Assembly: GCA_002633005.1 (NCBI GenBank)
Contig: NMRA01000065.1
Coordinates: 983,066 to 1,047,065, forward strand
Direction: 5' to 3'
DNA length: 64,000 bases
Source: Phoronis australis
Lineage: Eukaryota; Animalia; Phoronida
In this document: positions 35,072 to 48,839 of the stretch, in pieces
How positions within the stretch are numbered: position 1 is the stretch's first letter
Layout of the letters: each line of letters starts with the position of its first letter
Program-made: the position numbers and the translations under genes
The notes under the pieces: model-generated
Told to the model about the DNA's origin: nothing
Seen by the model: only the letters and a program-made list of their open reading frames with translations
Database searches by the model: none

Positions 35072-36801
35072 TTTTGTCGCTCCGAAGATAAACATTGAAA
35101 TTTCACTTGCTGTTCGCGGTCTACTACGTTCGTGTCAAGTTTGCAGATTTTTATACGGGAATTTCAAGAGGGGATGTCGTGCTTGAGGTCCTGTGAAAAA
35201 ATGACGTAAAATTAACAACTTTACCAGAAATTTCATTGTAAGAAATAAAAGTAATTGGTAATCTTTAAAAGCTTTGAAAAAATGTAACATTCAAACTGGC
35301 TGAATACCACTGGCAAACTTCGGAAAAAATAAGTGATAGTACTATTTAAGTTCTTCACATACTGTTACCAACGGTGGTCCCGAAGTTTTATCACAGTATG
35401 AAAACGCGGCAACAAATTGTAAACATCGAGACAAACGCTTTCTACTTGCTCAGACCTCTCACGAGCGCCCCCACAAGATGGCGAATTTCAAATACCGGTA
35501 TGTCTAAAACGGAGTACTAAAAATTAGTTGACTATGCAATGCGCCATACCTGGTAATCTGTACGTCTCAAATTATAATCCGAAAAATGATTCATTCCTGA
35601 AACTATGCGACTATAATATGTTTGAAAAAATGTGTCTAGTTCTCCAAAATTAGAACAATTTTCTGCCTCGTTTCTCGAAATAAGTTTTGTAATCAATTTC
35701 ACTGCGCTCACATTTAAGTAGGATCTCGTATTCTTTTGTAAGCAAAAGTTAATCGACGTTATTCATGGATTTAACGCTTTAAAGTTGTCGGATCTTTTCT
35801 TTATTTTTGATTTCCATCCCTTGTGAATAAACGGAGGACACACTTGTGTTTAGTACAGTTAATAATAGGCCTAAGATAACATTCACGGAAAGTAGTTATG
35901 TTTCAAATAAGGGTTTTTAATATGCCCGACAATTGTTAACTTGAATCGAACACATCATCTTGAGCAGTCGCTGTAGTTTTGTTGTTCAATCAAGCAAATA
36001 AACTGATTTGAAAATTTCGGAATGTTCTCCTATGCAAACACTATAATGTGTACATTTGTATTGGATATTTCAAGCATGTCTTATCCAATGTGTCACCCCT
36101 CAGAAATGAAAAATAGGATCGCCGTGAAGTGTATACTTAAACTGATTATTATAGTAAGCGCTCAATCGATTTCATGTAACGTTGACAATTACGTTATGTA
36201 CACATATGATGGACAAGCTTCTGTGAATCTGTACGTTGGAGGATGTTGCGCGAAGCTGCCGAACGGGGTCGTTGCCCTGTATACCATCTATTGAGCGTGC
36301 TCATCAGATTTCTTTCTACAGTGACAATCGCTTGTGACGAGAGTTAATGGCCGTGCAATATACCAACTGTGAAGCGAAATGGTACCTGTGAGAAGGTATG
36401 TGAAATGCACGTTATTTAGATTTTAGTAAATGTGCGATAACTGTAATGCCAAAGGCCTCATAGAGTGGCATGATTACCGTACGACAATGATTCACACTAA
36501 TGTTCGCCTTTTCCTATCCGTGCATGATAACACCAAGAATATATCTCTTGTGCGTCATATTTACACGGTTTGTTCTGTTCCGACTGGGAGCATGACAAAT
36601 CGTTTTTGTAAAAGGAGGAACTTGGTTGTTCTCGTGTACAAATCGAAAGCATTGTATTGCTGTAACCTCAAACTTTGATTAGAAGATTATACTAATTGAC
36701 TATGCGGAAAATGCATTGGACTGCCAAAACGTGTATAAAGTGAATTATCGTAAAATGTATGAAACTTGCGAGTAAAAGGAATGTCGGCTGCGAGTTCAAC
36801 C

Positions 36802-36955
36802 CAGGGGCGGATCCAGGATTTTGTGTTTAGGGGACAGGGCAAGAGTATTAGCCAATATTTTGCCTGTCAGGCATTCGCACCCCCGAACTACCAAATGGAA
36901 TCTGGGAGAATTTTAGGGGGGCATAGCGCCTTGGCCCCCCTCTAAATCCGCCGTA
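36802..36955. mobile_element. CAGGGGCGGATCC-type MITE
   Basis: caggggcggatccagg ... ccccctctaaatccgcc ends. Confidence 0.5.
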
Positions 36956-39900
36956 TTGCCTTACAAATCTTCGAGCAGGGTCCACCAGTTCATCAAAATC
37001 TCAGGGATATTTTGAAAAAACTTTTAATCGGGAGGTGGCATCGATAAAAAATATTCAGGAGAGAAATTAAGTAGTGGGTGACGTTGTTATTAGGGTTCAT
37101 GTCGGAACGACGAACTGATAGAAAAACTAACATCAATGTGTTCAACGGAGAACAAATAGTGGCGAGCTAACATAAATCGATTTCGCGCCTATGCTTATAA
37201 ACCGTTTACAACGCAATTATGCCGCTGGAATACTGTTGCACCTCAAGGATATTGTGTTTCTCTAGCAAAACGTGGTTGTAATAGGAAAGCTTTTGCAAAA
37301 CGTTCAACGATCATAGCGATAGACTCGGACTTAGATCCCGTCTCTTCAAAGTTTATCAATTTTATCGTCCCTGAAGACTTTTTATGGCGATATCACTCGT
37401 ATCTGATGAGTAATAGCCGTACTTGGATTTAACATGACAGGCCCGCTTTGATGTCGTAGTACGCGTGTTTTTGTTGGGTAAGCCAATTCCGAGTTTTTGG
37501 ACGAGAATGGTAAATCCAACATTTTGATCAGCGTTCAACATTTAGTCCTCGAATATTTTGGACCGTCGATGCCTGAAAGGAATTCATCTCTGACAACGAA
37601 TCCTACCAGATCTAAAAGCGGTTGTAAAAGTAGAAGGTTTCAAGCGGCTATTTCCAGAATTTCAAACAAGATTTTTTTACAGGTCTTTTGTCTGGCTGTT
37701 TGGGCTGAGTTCATTTAATCTTTTCCGAAGAGATTATCAACGGATGCATGATGCTTCCGTAAATTTATACACTCACTGTTATTGCAGAGGGCGGTACGCC
37801 GAACAGTCATTGCACTCTGAAACCTTTACAAGTTTTACTGTGAAAAGGTTTCGGTGCATGGGTTAAGTGATTAAAGGTATATGAATAAATGTGAACAAAT
37901 TACTATGTGTACACAGTGTACCGGTAAATATTACAGGTCGGCTTTGAAGCGATACTGACCTTCAGGGGTTGTATACATAATGGCGAGTCTCCACTTCGTC
38001 TGTGCCTCTATGTGCTATCGGATTGAAACGATGATTTGTCAATCAAAACGGACATAAAATTTGCTAGAAACACTTTTTACGCCCCTCTCTTTTTGACCGA
38101 ATAAATCAACTTTTGCTTTGACTGAAATGAAATAAATACTTTTAGAAAACAGTCTGACAACGTTTCACACTGGATTGATTCCGCTGCGGCATCATAGATA
38201 CTCTATAGTGGTGGCATGAGGTCGCGTAAGGAACCCTACAGGCATTGTTTACAGAGCATAACGTGGACGCAGGGAATGTGCCAAACTGAGTTAGGATTAA
38301 TTTGAAGATTCCTCGTTTCAGACCCGTATAAAGATGGGTTACATGTTTAAAATAAATATATAAGTATGACACTTTAAAGTTGATTAATGTGTAAGTCATA
38401 CACTTGAGACTCTGAGAGGTATGAATGTCGTACTTTTCAATGGCCACTAGTACCCCCTCCTTTGCCCCTTACGTTCACATGTGGGCTGTGCTGCCTTCCC
38501 TACCCCCAGCGTAGATCCAAAACATTCTGATTTTCAGGACAGAATCAGAAGAAAATGAACAAAGTACACAAAATTGCAATGTACACGTTGTCTGTCGCAT
38601 CTAATCCGAGAAAGGATAAGTTCGAGACTAATTTTATAACGATAGAGCCATTTACAACGGAAGTCTGCACTGCACTGCAACTTTAATTCATGCGTGTTAA
38701 GAAGATGGACATAATTATCGGTCGTCCATAGAAAATTTCAAGAATTTTTAAATTACAATTTACACACCATCTTTTAGGGACGCCGTTCAGTATACTTGAC
38801 CATCGTCTTCTTGTGGTTGAGTATGTCAGATGGTGCTCAGCGCACAAATCATGTAGACATGATGTTTTACTCGTAGTGAACGACCACCTGTCATTAGAGT
38901 GCACTGTTTTGTGATATTTTGAATTAAAATAGTGGAAGATTTATTAAGTATTCATATTTCTTTTTGAAAAATCAACTTACAATTAAAACTTGTTTTTTAT
39001 GTTTGTCTTCGGCACATGCGTATTTGCTTATGTAGTAGCTGTTGATGCACAGAAAGTCTTACGCGCGCCCAGTCCTTCTATTGTTTCCTGCTGAGACGTA
39101 AATAGCTTCTGATTTGAAATGTATCGCAATCAATCACCGGTATATTTGTCGCAGGTGCGCTAAACTGCTTTTTAAACGTGCGATAGTCTAGAAAGCGTAA
39201 AAGCTCTACTTCGTGGGGGATTTGATGAAAATTAGATTTCACGACAGGAGTCTTCAGCATTCATCATAGATCATTGAAAACACATGTACATAGTCTATGA
39301 TTTGATGAACCGACTAGGGCAGCCGGAAAAGCATTTTATGAGACCTTTTCTGCTTCCTCAAAAATCACAAAACGAGTTGTAATATGAATCAAATTAGATG
39401 AAACGTCTTTCAAAATGCTGCTGTCAATACGAGATTGTCTTTTAATATGAAAATGTATTTTGACAAAGTAAGTAGAACTTGGAATAGTCATTTTACCGCC
39501 AAGTTTATTTTTATTTTTGCTAACTGATCAAAAATTCTCTAACAAACCCGAAGACACATGTGTTGGCAAACGTTTGAAAACCGACATTAAAATGACTCAT
39601 GCAATAACTCACGTAAACACATGAGCTGATGAAAGTTACAAAACGACTCTTTCGTTTTCAAGGTCTTCTAAAATTGGGATAAATACCAATAACTTTTCAA
39701 AATATTGACTTGCGGAAATTAATCGAAATTATTGTGACGAGACTGGAATATCAAAGCGAAACCACTCGAGTTTTCAAGTTCGCCCAGGTGTAAAAGTATT
39801 TTATTGGATGTCGAAGGTCGACTTTATTTCTACGGGTTACTTTTATGTACTTTCTTTATGAACATTAGGCAATTTTAGTGCTTCAAATAAAAATTGAAGT

Positions 39901-41708
39901 GCGTTGCAAATTTTAGCGTGCAAAGGAGTTAAAGTTGAATTTTGCCCTGTTCAGCAGGCCAAAAAAATCGAACTAGGGCTTTTTCGCTGATAAAATATGT
40001 CTCATAATAATCCTTAGCTTGATAGGATTCTGTTTTCATTGCCAATTCAAGTCACAGGCAACGCCTACATGCGCCATGTTCGAATTTGCTATGGTACGTT
40101 CTCTTGAGTCAAGTGATGGTCTCGAAGTTCTTGTTGGTAACGGAAACGGAATCCACGGTAAAGAGAATTGTGAAATAGATTTATTGAGAGTAAAATGCCT
40201 AATTCTACGTTTACTTTCAGCCAGTTAGCTTGGCGAGATGTATCCTAAAACCCTTTTACATTCTATCTGTTTATTGGCAAACGTTGAACACGCTATTGAC
40301 GAAATTTTTTTTTAATATTCTGTAGGTCTTAGTCATGAAGTCTGAATTCAGTCATATATCTACAAAACTATACATTTGAACTAAGTAAAAATCTATATTT
40401 TTTGAAAGTAAAAAAACTGTGGAACTTGACTTTAAACCAATCTGTCAGCAAGTGGGTGACGTGACCATGTTTTTTGAAAGGTACGGTGTTAGGAAAACAA
40501 TAGTATCAATAAAATGACTAATTCGTTTGATGTAAATTTTCAAGATGGATTCTCAAAAGCGCCAATACAGTTTCCTAAATCGCCGTTTTGCTTTCGTTTT
40601 TCGAGCTTTTTCATAAAAATCATAAAAGCCTTATTTTTTGATAGGTCTTCATGGAAAAGGGAAACATTTTAAAAACAAACCCTCAAATCGTTTTGGAGAA
40701 AATAGCTCAAAGCATAGTATAGGAATTTGAAAGTTTTCGATCAGTCATTTGTGATATTGGATATTAGTGTATCTGACTGAAACGATTATACACAGTAAAT
40801 GATATCGGAGTTGATAGTGATATGATTCGGTCGGGATGTTGCCACAGTGTTTGTTGGTGACGTTACCTGTCGGTAGGTATATATAGGTACGGTGGATACA
40901 GGTGGAAGCTTGTTGGGAAACGATTTGGCTTGCAATTTGCAAAAACGTTACCCGCAGTAACTGCAGTGTCCAATAATTATCTGTAAATTTTTTAAAGCCG
41001 ACAAATCAGTCTAGCTCTCATAATGAACATAATGAGACTAGTGTTATAGCAGTATGGTGAGATTCAAATTAAAAAACTCGTTTGTCGGAACGCTCATTTC
41101 ATCGCGGTTATGACCTAAATATGATAACATTTGTTTACCTCATAGGTATGTTTATAAATATAGTGAAAAAGAGTCATTAATAATACCTTAATTACATTCC
41201 GTCTCGTGCGTGTAGCAACCGCACATGAAAACGTTTTTCTTTGACTTTACCCATCGCAACGTCAGCGGCAGGTCGCCGTGGTTAAATAAACACAATTTGT
41301 ATTGACTGATTAGTTATAAATACTGATACACAAACTGCGCATGAAAAGCATTCAGTGTAATATCAGTCCTTTTAAACGTTTGAAGTAATTACAACGGTGT
41401 TGTAAACTTGGCATAAAAGTTCACCAGGCAATGTCGTTGAAGCTAAAGAAAGTTTGAAAACACGCCAAGTCGAGCACAATGATTCGCGAACCCATGCTGA
41501 GCGTAGTCAATAGCCGGCAATGACCAAGGCGTGCTGACAGCTACAATAAATATAATGGATAATCGCTAATAAGATCAACAAGGCTTTTCAATGGATACCA
41601 TGTTACACTTACGTTTTTCGACTCATTTTTTTCGTCGCCCGGTGCAACTGCCTGTCTGAGACGCTGTCAGCTAACGGTCAGTTAACGGTCAATTCTTCCA
41701 GATAAAAC

Positions 41709-41766
41709 ATGAAGAGGATACGTTACAAAATGTTGAGGACGAGTACTGATTATTTGGATTGTTCAG
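41709..41766 (+). CDS. Candidate first coding exon of an unidentified gene
   Basis: ttcttccag|ataaaacATG encodes MKRIRYKMLRTSTDYLDCS, then G|gtaagt (phase 1). No recognised homology. Confidence 0.35.
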
Positions 41767-42071
41767 GTAAGTCTTGTATTTAAGCGATGTACACGTGTGT
41801 TTATACATTTGGAGTAGCTTCATAACCGGCATATGGACTCGCTACATTTGCCATCGCAAATTCCCAAGTTCAAGAAAAGTTCATCCTGGATCCGGTATTT
41901 CCAAGCTTTCGTGGATAGGTTCTTGCTTAGCCCATTACTGACGTGACATTATCCAACGGCATATAGGCAATTGGCAAATTTGTTCAGCACTTTCAAATAT
42001 TAACTGCGTGGTAGGCACTCACCAACTCTCCCTTTATCCAATGACGGCAATGCGCATGCCGTGGAGTTTCT

Positions 42072-42505
42072 GTGCCCGGTTGCATGAAACAGTCCCAAAT
42101 AGGGACTCAACTAAGTTCCCTAAATCTGCTGCGTATTTGTGGACTTGCGAAAACATCGATTGCCCTTTCTTGTATTGTTTTAGCTTCATTACTAAGACAA
42201 CTTTTGACTTTGATACAAATCGAGAGTGAACTCTACGTTGAATTGTCAATATTATCGAAAATAATTAGGGATTTTTTCATGCAACTCCCCCAAGTTAAGG
42301 ACTGAGTCCCTAATTATTTTCAATGAACTCTGGCCCAGTTTTTAGTTATATCATTAGAAAATGTCATTAATCAAAGAGGAGCTCATAATAAAGATGAAAT
42401 GATACAAAAATATTGCATCTGTCAGTCTATAAAGACACAAATACGCAAAAAGACTTAGGGGCCTTAGTCGAGTCCTTTTTGGGACTGTTTCATGCAACCT
42501 GGCAC
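42072..42505. mobile_element. MITE (PIF/Harbinger-like ends)
   Basis: gtgcccggttgcatgaaacagtcccaaa / tttgggactgtttcatgcaacctggcac. Confidence 0.75.
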
Positions 42506-42600
42506 TGAACCCTGCTCTACGATTTTTGTGGCTATTTTGGATTTGAAGCTTCCTTTATGTGTTTCCATTGTCAGACCCCGTCAATTTTACGATCCTGCCA

Positions 42601-42666
42601 GTAAGCAAGTAAGTAGGTAGGTAGGTAGGTAGGTCGGTCGGTCGGCCGATAGGTTGGTAAGTAAGT
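42601..42666. repeat. (GGTA)n/(GGTC)n microsatellite
   Basis: Seen directly in the sequence. Confidence 0.85.
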
Positions 42667-43406
42667 TCGGAAGTAAACAAATAAAATGTTTATTTTACAT
42701 TTGTGTGGAAAGTATAAAACAAGACGATAAGTGCAAGTCATCGATAAGAAAAGTAACATTCACTCCATTGAAACCAGTATTTACAAATTACAAAGTTTGT
42801 TTTTGCCACATGAGCATTCAACAGATATCACACTCGCGTATCCACGTCTTAGTAGATTTTCTAATACGCATGTTCAAACGTCGTCCTGGCCGTAGCTCCC
42901 GCCCTGACAAAAAATTACACGAAACGGCACCCGTGATCAAATTCAGTTGGCGTACGACCTGCAGGTGAACCGCGAGCAAATTATTCGCACAGACTGGTGG
43001 AAACATGAACAATCAGTTGAGGTTGGTCAAATCAGTTGACAAGTAAAACGTATTAACCCCTCATACTACACTAATTTATATTGCAACGGCGGCAATATTG
43101 CTTCGGTGAAGAATGAGCATTAGACAACTCCAGTCTACGAACTCCGATTATTGGTATAGGACTTCGAGTACGAGTGTCGTAGACAGTTGTACCGCCACGA
43201 CTTATCAATCTATAATTCTTGCACGACAATCGAAGTATGTAGCTAGTGGTCCAGTCGTATACGATGTCGTATTCGAAAAATCAAAGTAATACACAGATGG
43301 GCTATAGTGCACAAAGTGGTTGACAACACGACACTTAGTGTTGTCTGTTTACAGTATCGTGTGTACAGCCAATTTTGCTTACCGGGACTGCTGCCTAACT
43401 ACAGGG

Positions 43407-43652
43407 CTGGCACCCGTTCCAAGAAAATAAACTTAGCTCAGACAAATCTTAGATTTCAGTCAATTTTAAGATATAACTTGAATTTGTCTCAAGCCCGTTT
43501 CAAGAAAGAGATCTTAAGTTTGACTTAGTGATTTAAGTTTTGTCTTAATTTTAACTAACTTACCGGACGTGGAAGTTTCAACGTTTAGAAGTTGCGACAA
43601 ATCTTAGACTTATGTAAAAAATGAACTTCAGTTAGCTTCTTGGAACGGGCCC
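43407..43652. mobile_element. MITE (PIF/Harbinger-like ends)
   Basis: ggcacccgttccaagaa / ttcttggaacgggcccc. Confidence 0.7.
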
Positions 43653-45113
43653 CTATCCCTGTAGGCCTACATGTACGTTGTTTAGGTCTGCTGAACTGGT
43701 ATACATTTATGAGGAATTGAGTGAAGCTCTTGAGAATTAAGGGAATGTCCAGTTTAGAGGAATTAGTGAAATAAAAAGAAAATAAAACATAAATATTGAA
43801 AATTGCATGCAAATAATTGTTATAAATTTGACATGGAACAGGTGTGCTCATTACAGGTCCAAGCTGACACATCGTCGAAAATGTTGATGTTGATAATAAA
43901 ACGTTTCATTTTTCATTGGCATCTTAAATGGTATTAATAATAGAGAGCTTTAGATTCTATGAAAAACTAGTATATTACGCATACTTACTTTTAGTTTAAT
44001 TAGGAACTCATTACCAAGAACCTGGTAATGAGTTCCTGCTTTTATTTATAACACCACGTGATTTTAACGACCGTTGGTGTAGGGTGGTAAACGTAAAAAA
44101 ACAAACGTTTTCTCCTGATAAGACGCCCGACAAACACATGTTGAAAACATATACTTTCTTTTATTAATTAAGTGACATTTTGTTAATTAAGCACACTGAC
44201 AATCGAGATTTGAAATAAAGTATCGTCTGTAATTAATCAGAGATTCATCTTATGACAATGATTACGAAATTGTTCTGCCAACTCGTCTGTTTCTGACTCT
44301 CGGTCAGAATTGACCTCCAACCCAGTTACTGAGTTGCCATGCTCATGGGTCTGGCTCACTCACATGCACTGCACATACGTGGTACGGAAGCCAGCTTAGA
44401 CCCAGCAGTTCAGACCATAAATATATATTTCTATTACCGTTTTTGTGGAGAGAAAACTGCGTACTACTACTATAGTGGATAACTGTACTCACCTGCCGTA
44501 TCGTTATATAGCACTCATTTGGCCCGTCTGCTTATAAAGTGAATCAAATGATGTGGTCGCTTTTGAGCTACAAGTAAAAGTATTGATAGCGTGAAAATCG
44601 AACATACTTTTCATCGAGAACTTTAAAAGTAAACGTAAAAAGTCTAAAGTTCTTTAATAATCAGAAAACATCGTTTAGCTTCAACTACCACGCGAAGACT
44701 TGCAAGAGGCATGGCGAATTACTGACATTTGTAATCGAATATGGAATTTACAACTCATATTATTTTTTATTGAAGAAGCTTTAGGCCTAACACTTCGCAA
44801 AGTCTGACATAAGATAACAAGTGTTGAGTTTCCACGACTTAGGAATATAATATGTTACAAAATCCATCAAATTATCACCTGTTGTGCTGCCAACGAACGC
44901 TCCGGTGAGCATTCAACGAACGATAGCACTAGTTACTGTTTAATGTATTATGAAATACGACCAGTGTAGGAAGACGAAACCAGTAAAGATCACACACGAG
45001 ACGATAGATTTCTCACTCAGTCACGTAGAAATTAATGTAAACCCGTGGGAGTACACCCAGCGGCATATTCTCATATATAATTACTTGTCCTCGTTCCATG
45101 TTCTACTCGACAG

Positions 45114-45125
45114 CAAAAATTAGAG
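45114..45125 (+). CDS. Candidate 12-nt microexon
   Basis: Pyrimidine-rich ...gttctactcgacag|CAAAAATTAGAG|gtaagt; frame-preserving, phase 1/1. Confidence 0.25.
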
Positions 45126-46470
45126 GTAAGTATAAAACAATTGCTCTTTACGCACTTATTGCGCCTTAATCGACACGCCGTAGCTGTTCGTTGTCGTGTT
45201 TGGGAAATTGTACGGAAGAGGTGAACAGTAAGCATCCGTGCCACGTCAGCCTACTCCATACAAAGTGCTATATTGCGCGATGTATTTTTAATTACGCTCA
45301 AGAAGAAAGATGTACTGTAAAGTTGCCCTGAAATGTAATGCACAGAAACTTTCGGTTTAGACCAGTCACGTTTTTATTGTCGAGTCTAATTTTTCGTGGT
45401 CTAACTTGGAAAATAATTGATGCTGATCGCCGACTGTTCAACAGACATTAATTTTAGTTTCCACTCAACTAAAATGTCATCTGTGACTTGGAAAAATGGT
45501 TTGATTCCAAGGCGTTGGTATACCTGGCGCCGATTTCTGAAACCTCTTAAACCACGTGCAGACCTTTCGTATTCCCGTTGAACTCACGAAGATGTCAGGT
45601 TGGTCCTAGCGAAAAGTTGTTTTCTGTGTTCACGTGATGCCATTTTAGCCCGACGCGCTGTTTTTTTTTTCACGTGTTCATGCAGAAAGGATTTATGGTA
45701 CTAACCAATTTATACTTGATGGAAAAATCGACAATTTCAACTGATTAAAGTTGGTAAACCTTTTGGGGTTTCATGTTACCATTATGCGTCAGTAGAATTG
45801 ATCGTCATGGAATGCAGACAGGATTGACAAAAATGTGTCAAGTGAGGTGATATCACAAATGGTCGCGAAAATAGATAGTCTCAAACCTAAGGCAAACCGA
45901 AAGCATGGCGACTGAAAAAGAAAGCTTTTTTCTTGTGATGTCGGCTTGCGTCCACAAGCCACGCTTTAGAGTTGAGGGAGGTACAAGACTGTCACGTTAA
46001 TTTTTGCCATAACGAGGCCACAAGGTAGATGGTGACGTGACACAAGTCAAGCGGTCTACAGTTGAGCTGGTGCTAGTGGTGGCCGGACATTCACTGTAGT
46101 CATGGTAAGGACGAAGTTGGGCCAAGTGTGTATGTCCAGCTCGCCCACTTATGGGTTTGTCTTGGTTTTATGTTTCGATTATGAGCACCTCCTGATGAAG
46201 CGATCATCAACCCGTTCAAGACAAAGGATGCCGGGGGGCCGGGGATGGGGTTAATTGTCGAAGACTTTTATAATTTTCAGAAAATATCGCTGAAAATTAT
46301 CTTAATATGAATATGCATCACTGGAAGTTGAGAACGGCATTTTTGAAAGCTCACTTTTGGAAATGTCAAAAGCTGCACTTGATTGACTCCTCCGATTCTG
46401 TCGGGTCAACCGGCTAAGACATCTGGTCGGTTTGTATGCTGTAAGTCGTCACTGAAAACTCTGAATTATT

Positions 46471-48620
46471 CGGTTGACTCAACGGAACCGGTGAAGTCGG
46501 CAATCAAGAGTACCCAATAACTGTAAACGATCCCTGGAGGTTACCTTTGCACGCGAGAAAGGTCATGTTCATTTTGCGCTCTCAAATATTGATTGGTATT
46601 TTTCAGGTGTGCTAGGTTTTTCTAAGAGCACGTTCGAACAAATGGACCCTAATTGCGAGGTGTAGGGAATGACCGTAATCATGGGTCAAGGGAACTCACA
46701 TCCGAATGGCGCATACCAAGAAAGACCGGACCCCGAAGGTAAAGTGAAAAGTTCTGATCTATGGTTAAATCCACCAACGGTTTGTTAATGATGTTTAGCT
46801 TAATATTAAGGTGGCGCAAATATAGCTGCATAACTTTTGGTTTCAACCACTCATCGTTATAAAACTGGCGAGTGTTCCGTAGACGCAAGAACCTCTGCGA
46901 AAACACAAGAACACATAAGACTTCGCGAGACATCGGCCGTATTATATACGATGTACGTCATCAAGCTATTTTCCTTTAGCGACGGGTTTTTTTGCGTCTA
47001 CGGAACTGTACCTCGGTTTCCGTTTCTTCCTTACTCCGATAAGAAGTGATTCAGTTCTGAGCTTAAAAAGAGGTGACGGTTATTGCTAAGATCCCGCTCG
47101 GCACAAACGTTGTATTATGGTCAATCGGCAACCGTTGTCAAGCTGGGTCTCCCAAGCAATAAATAGCGAGGTGTCAAATCTTCCTAAGCCCAGAAATCCT
47201 ATCTAACCTGATTTTATTTGAAACGATCCAGATTGCCATTACGTGAATGCAAAATTCATAGCATAGTATTTTGGAGAACGATTGTTTAGTGCAGGTGCTA
47301 AATTTTAAATTTTTGAAATTTTTCAAACCAGGTATGACGAACAGCGGATCTTCTCATGACGACGATTCAAGCGAGGACGAATCCTTCGGCTTCAATTTGA
47401 AGCCAGCTATCAAAATAAAAAAGAAAGTTAGATTCCAAGGTAAATACGGAGTGTTCGCTCGCACCACTGCAGTCGCTTTTGTCTGGGTTCTCTTTCCCCA
47501 CCATCTTTGTCACCGTCACATGCACGCAGCCATGTTGGGGGGGGGGGGGGNCGGTTGACTCAACGGAACCGGTGAAGTCGGCAATCAAGAGTACCCAATA
47601 ACTGTAAACGATCCCTGGAGGTTACCTTTGCACGCGAGAAAGGTCATGTTCATTGTGCGCTCTCAAATATTGATTGGTATTTTTCAGGTGTGCTAGGTTT
47701 TTCTAAGAGCACGTTCGAACAAATGGACCCTAATTGCGAGGTGTAGGGAATGACCGTAATCATGGGTCAAGGGAACTCACATCCGAATGGCGTATACCAA
47801 GAAAGACCGGACCCCGAAGGTAAAGTGAAAAGTTTTGATCTATGGTTAAATCCACCAACGGTTTGTTAATGATGTTTAGCTTAATATTAAGGTGGCGCAA
47901 ATATATCTGTATAACTTTTGGTTTCAACCACTCATCGTTAGAAAACTGGCGAGTGTCCCGTAGACGCAAGAACCTCTGCGAAAACACAAGAACACATAAG
48001 ACTTTGCGAGACATAGGCCGTATTATATACGATGTACGTCATCAAACTATTTTCCTTTAGCGACGGGGTTTTTTGCGTCTACGGAGCTGTACCTCGGTTT
48101 CCGTTTCTTCCTTACTCCGATAAGAAGTGATTCAGTTCTGAGCTTAAAAAGAGGTGACGGTTATTGCTAAGATCCCGCTCGGCACAAACGTTGTATTATG
48201 GTCAATCGGCAACCGTTGTCAAGCTGGGTCTCTCAAGCAATAAATAGCGAGGTGTCAACTCTTCCTAAGCCCAGAAATCCTATCTAACCTGATTTTATTT
48301 GAAACGATCCAGATTGCCATTACGTGAATGCAAAATTCATAGCATAGTATTTTGGAGAACGATTGTTTAGTGCAGGTGCTAAATTTTAAATTTTTGAAAT
48401 TTTTCAAACCAGGTATGACGAACAGCGGATCTTCTCATGACGACGATTCAAGCGAGGACGAATCCTTCGGCTTCAATTTGAAGCCAGCTATCAAAATAAA
48501 AAAGAAAGTTAGATTCCAAGGTAAATACGGAGTGTTCGCTCGCACCACTGCAGTCGCTTTTGTCTGGGTTCTCTTTCCCCACCATCTTTGTCACCGTCAC
48601 ATGCACGCAGCCATGTTGGG
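46471..48620. repeat. 1081-bp tandem duplication joined by a single N (probably both alleles assembled)
   Basis: 46471-47550 versus 47552-48620; about 14 substitutions by eye; each copy ends in a G run followed by N. Confidence 0.9.
47332..47439 (+). CDS. Candidate internal exon of an unidentified gene (acidic stretch + KKKVRF)
   Basis: tttcaaaccag|GT ATG...CAA G|gtaaat; 108 nt, phase 1/1; encodes MTNSGSSHDDDSSEDESFGFNLKPAIKIKKKVRFQ. An identical copy lies at 48413-48520. Confidence 0.45.
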
Positions 48621-48839
48621 NGGGCTCCAACAAGCCACCCCCCATTTGGCGAAGTAGACAAAAAGGTCGCCTCAGAGAAACAAAAGTAGAAAACGAGACA
48701 AAAGCCCACTAAAAAGGCAGGTACAACCAAGATTCGGCGAATGCACAATTCATAGCTCTGAACTATCCCCTTTTTTAGCAGCAGGTCCATATTCTCAAAA
48801 ATTCGAGCCCCCCCATTTTGTAGGCTGGGTGCTCGCATG
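48600..48839 (+). mobile_element. MITE; related inverted copy at about 50061-50250
   Basis: Ends catgcacgcagcc / ggctgggtgctcgcatg; internal catttggcgaagt...gcacaattcatagct is shared with the reverse strand of 50100-50227. Confidence 0.6.
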
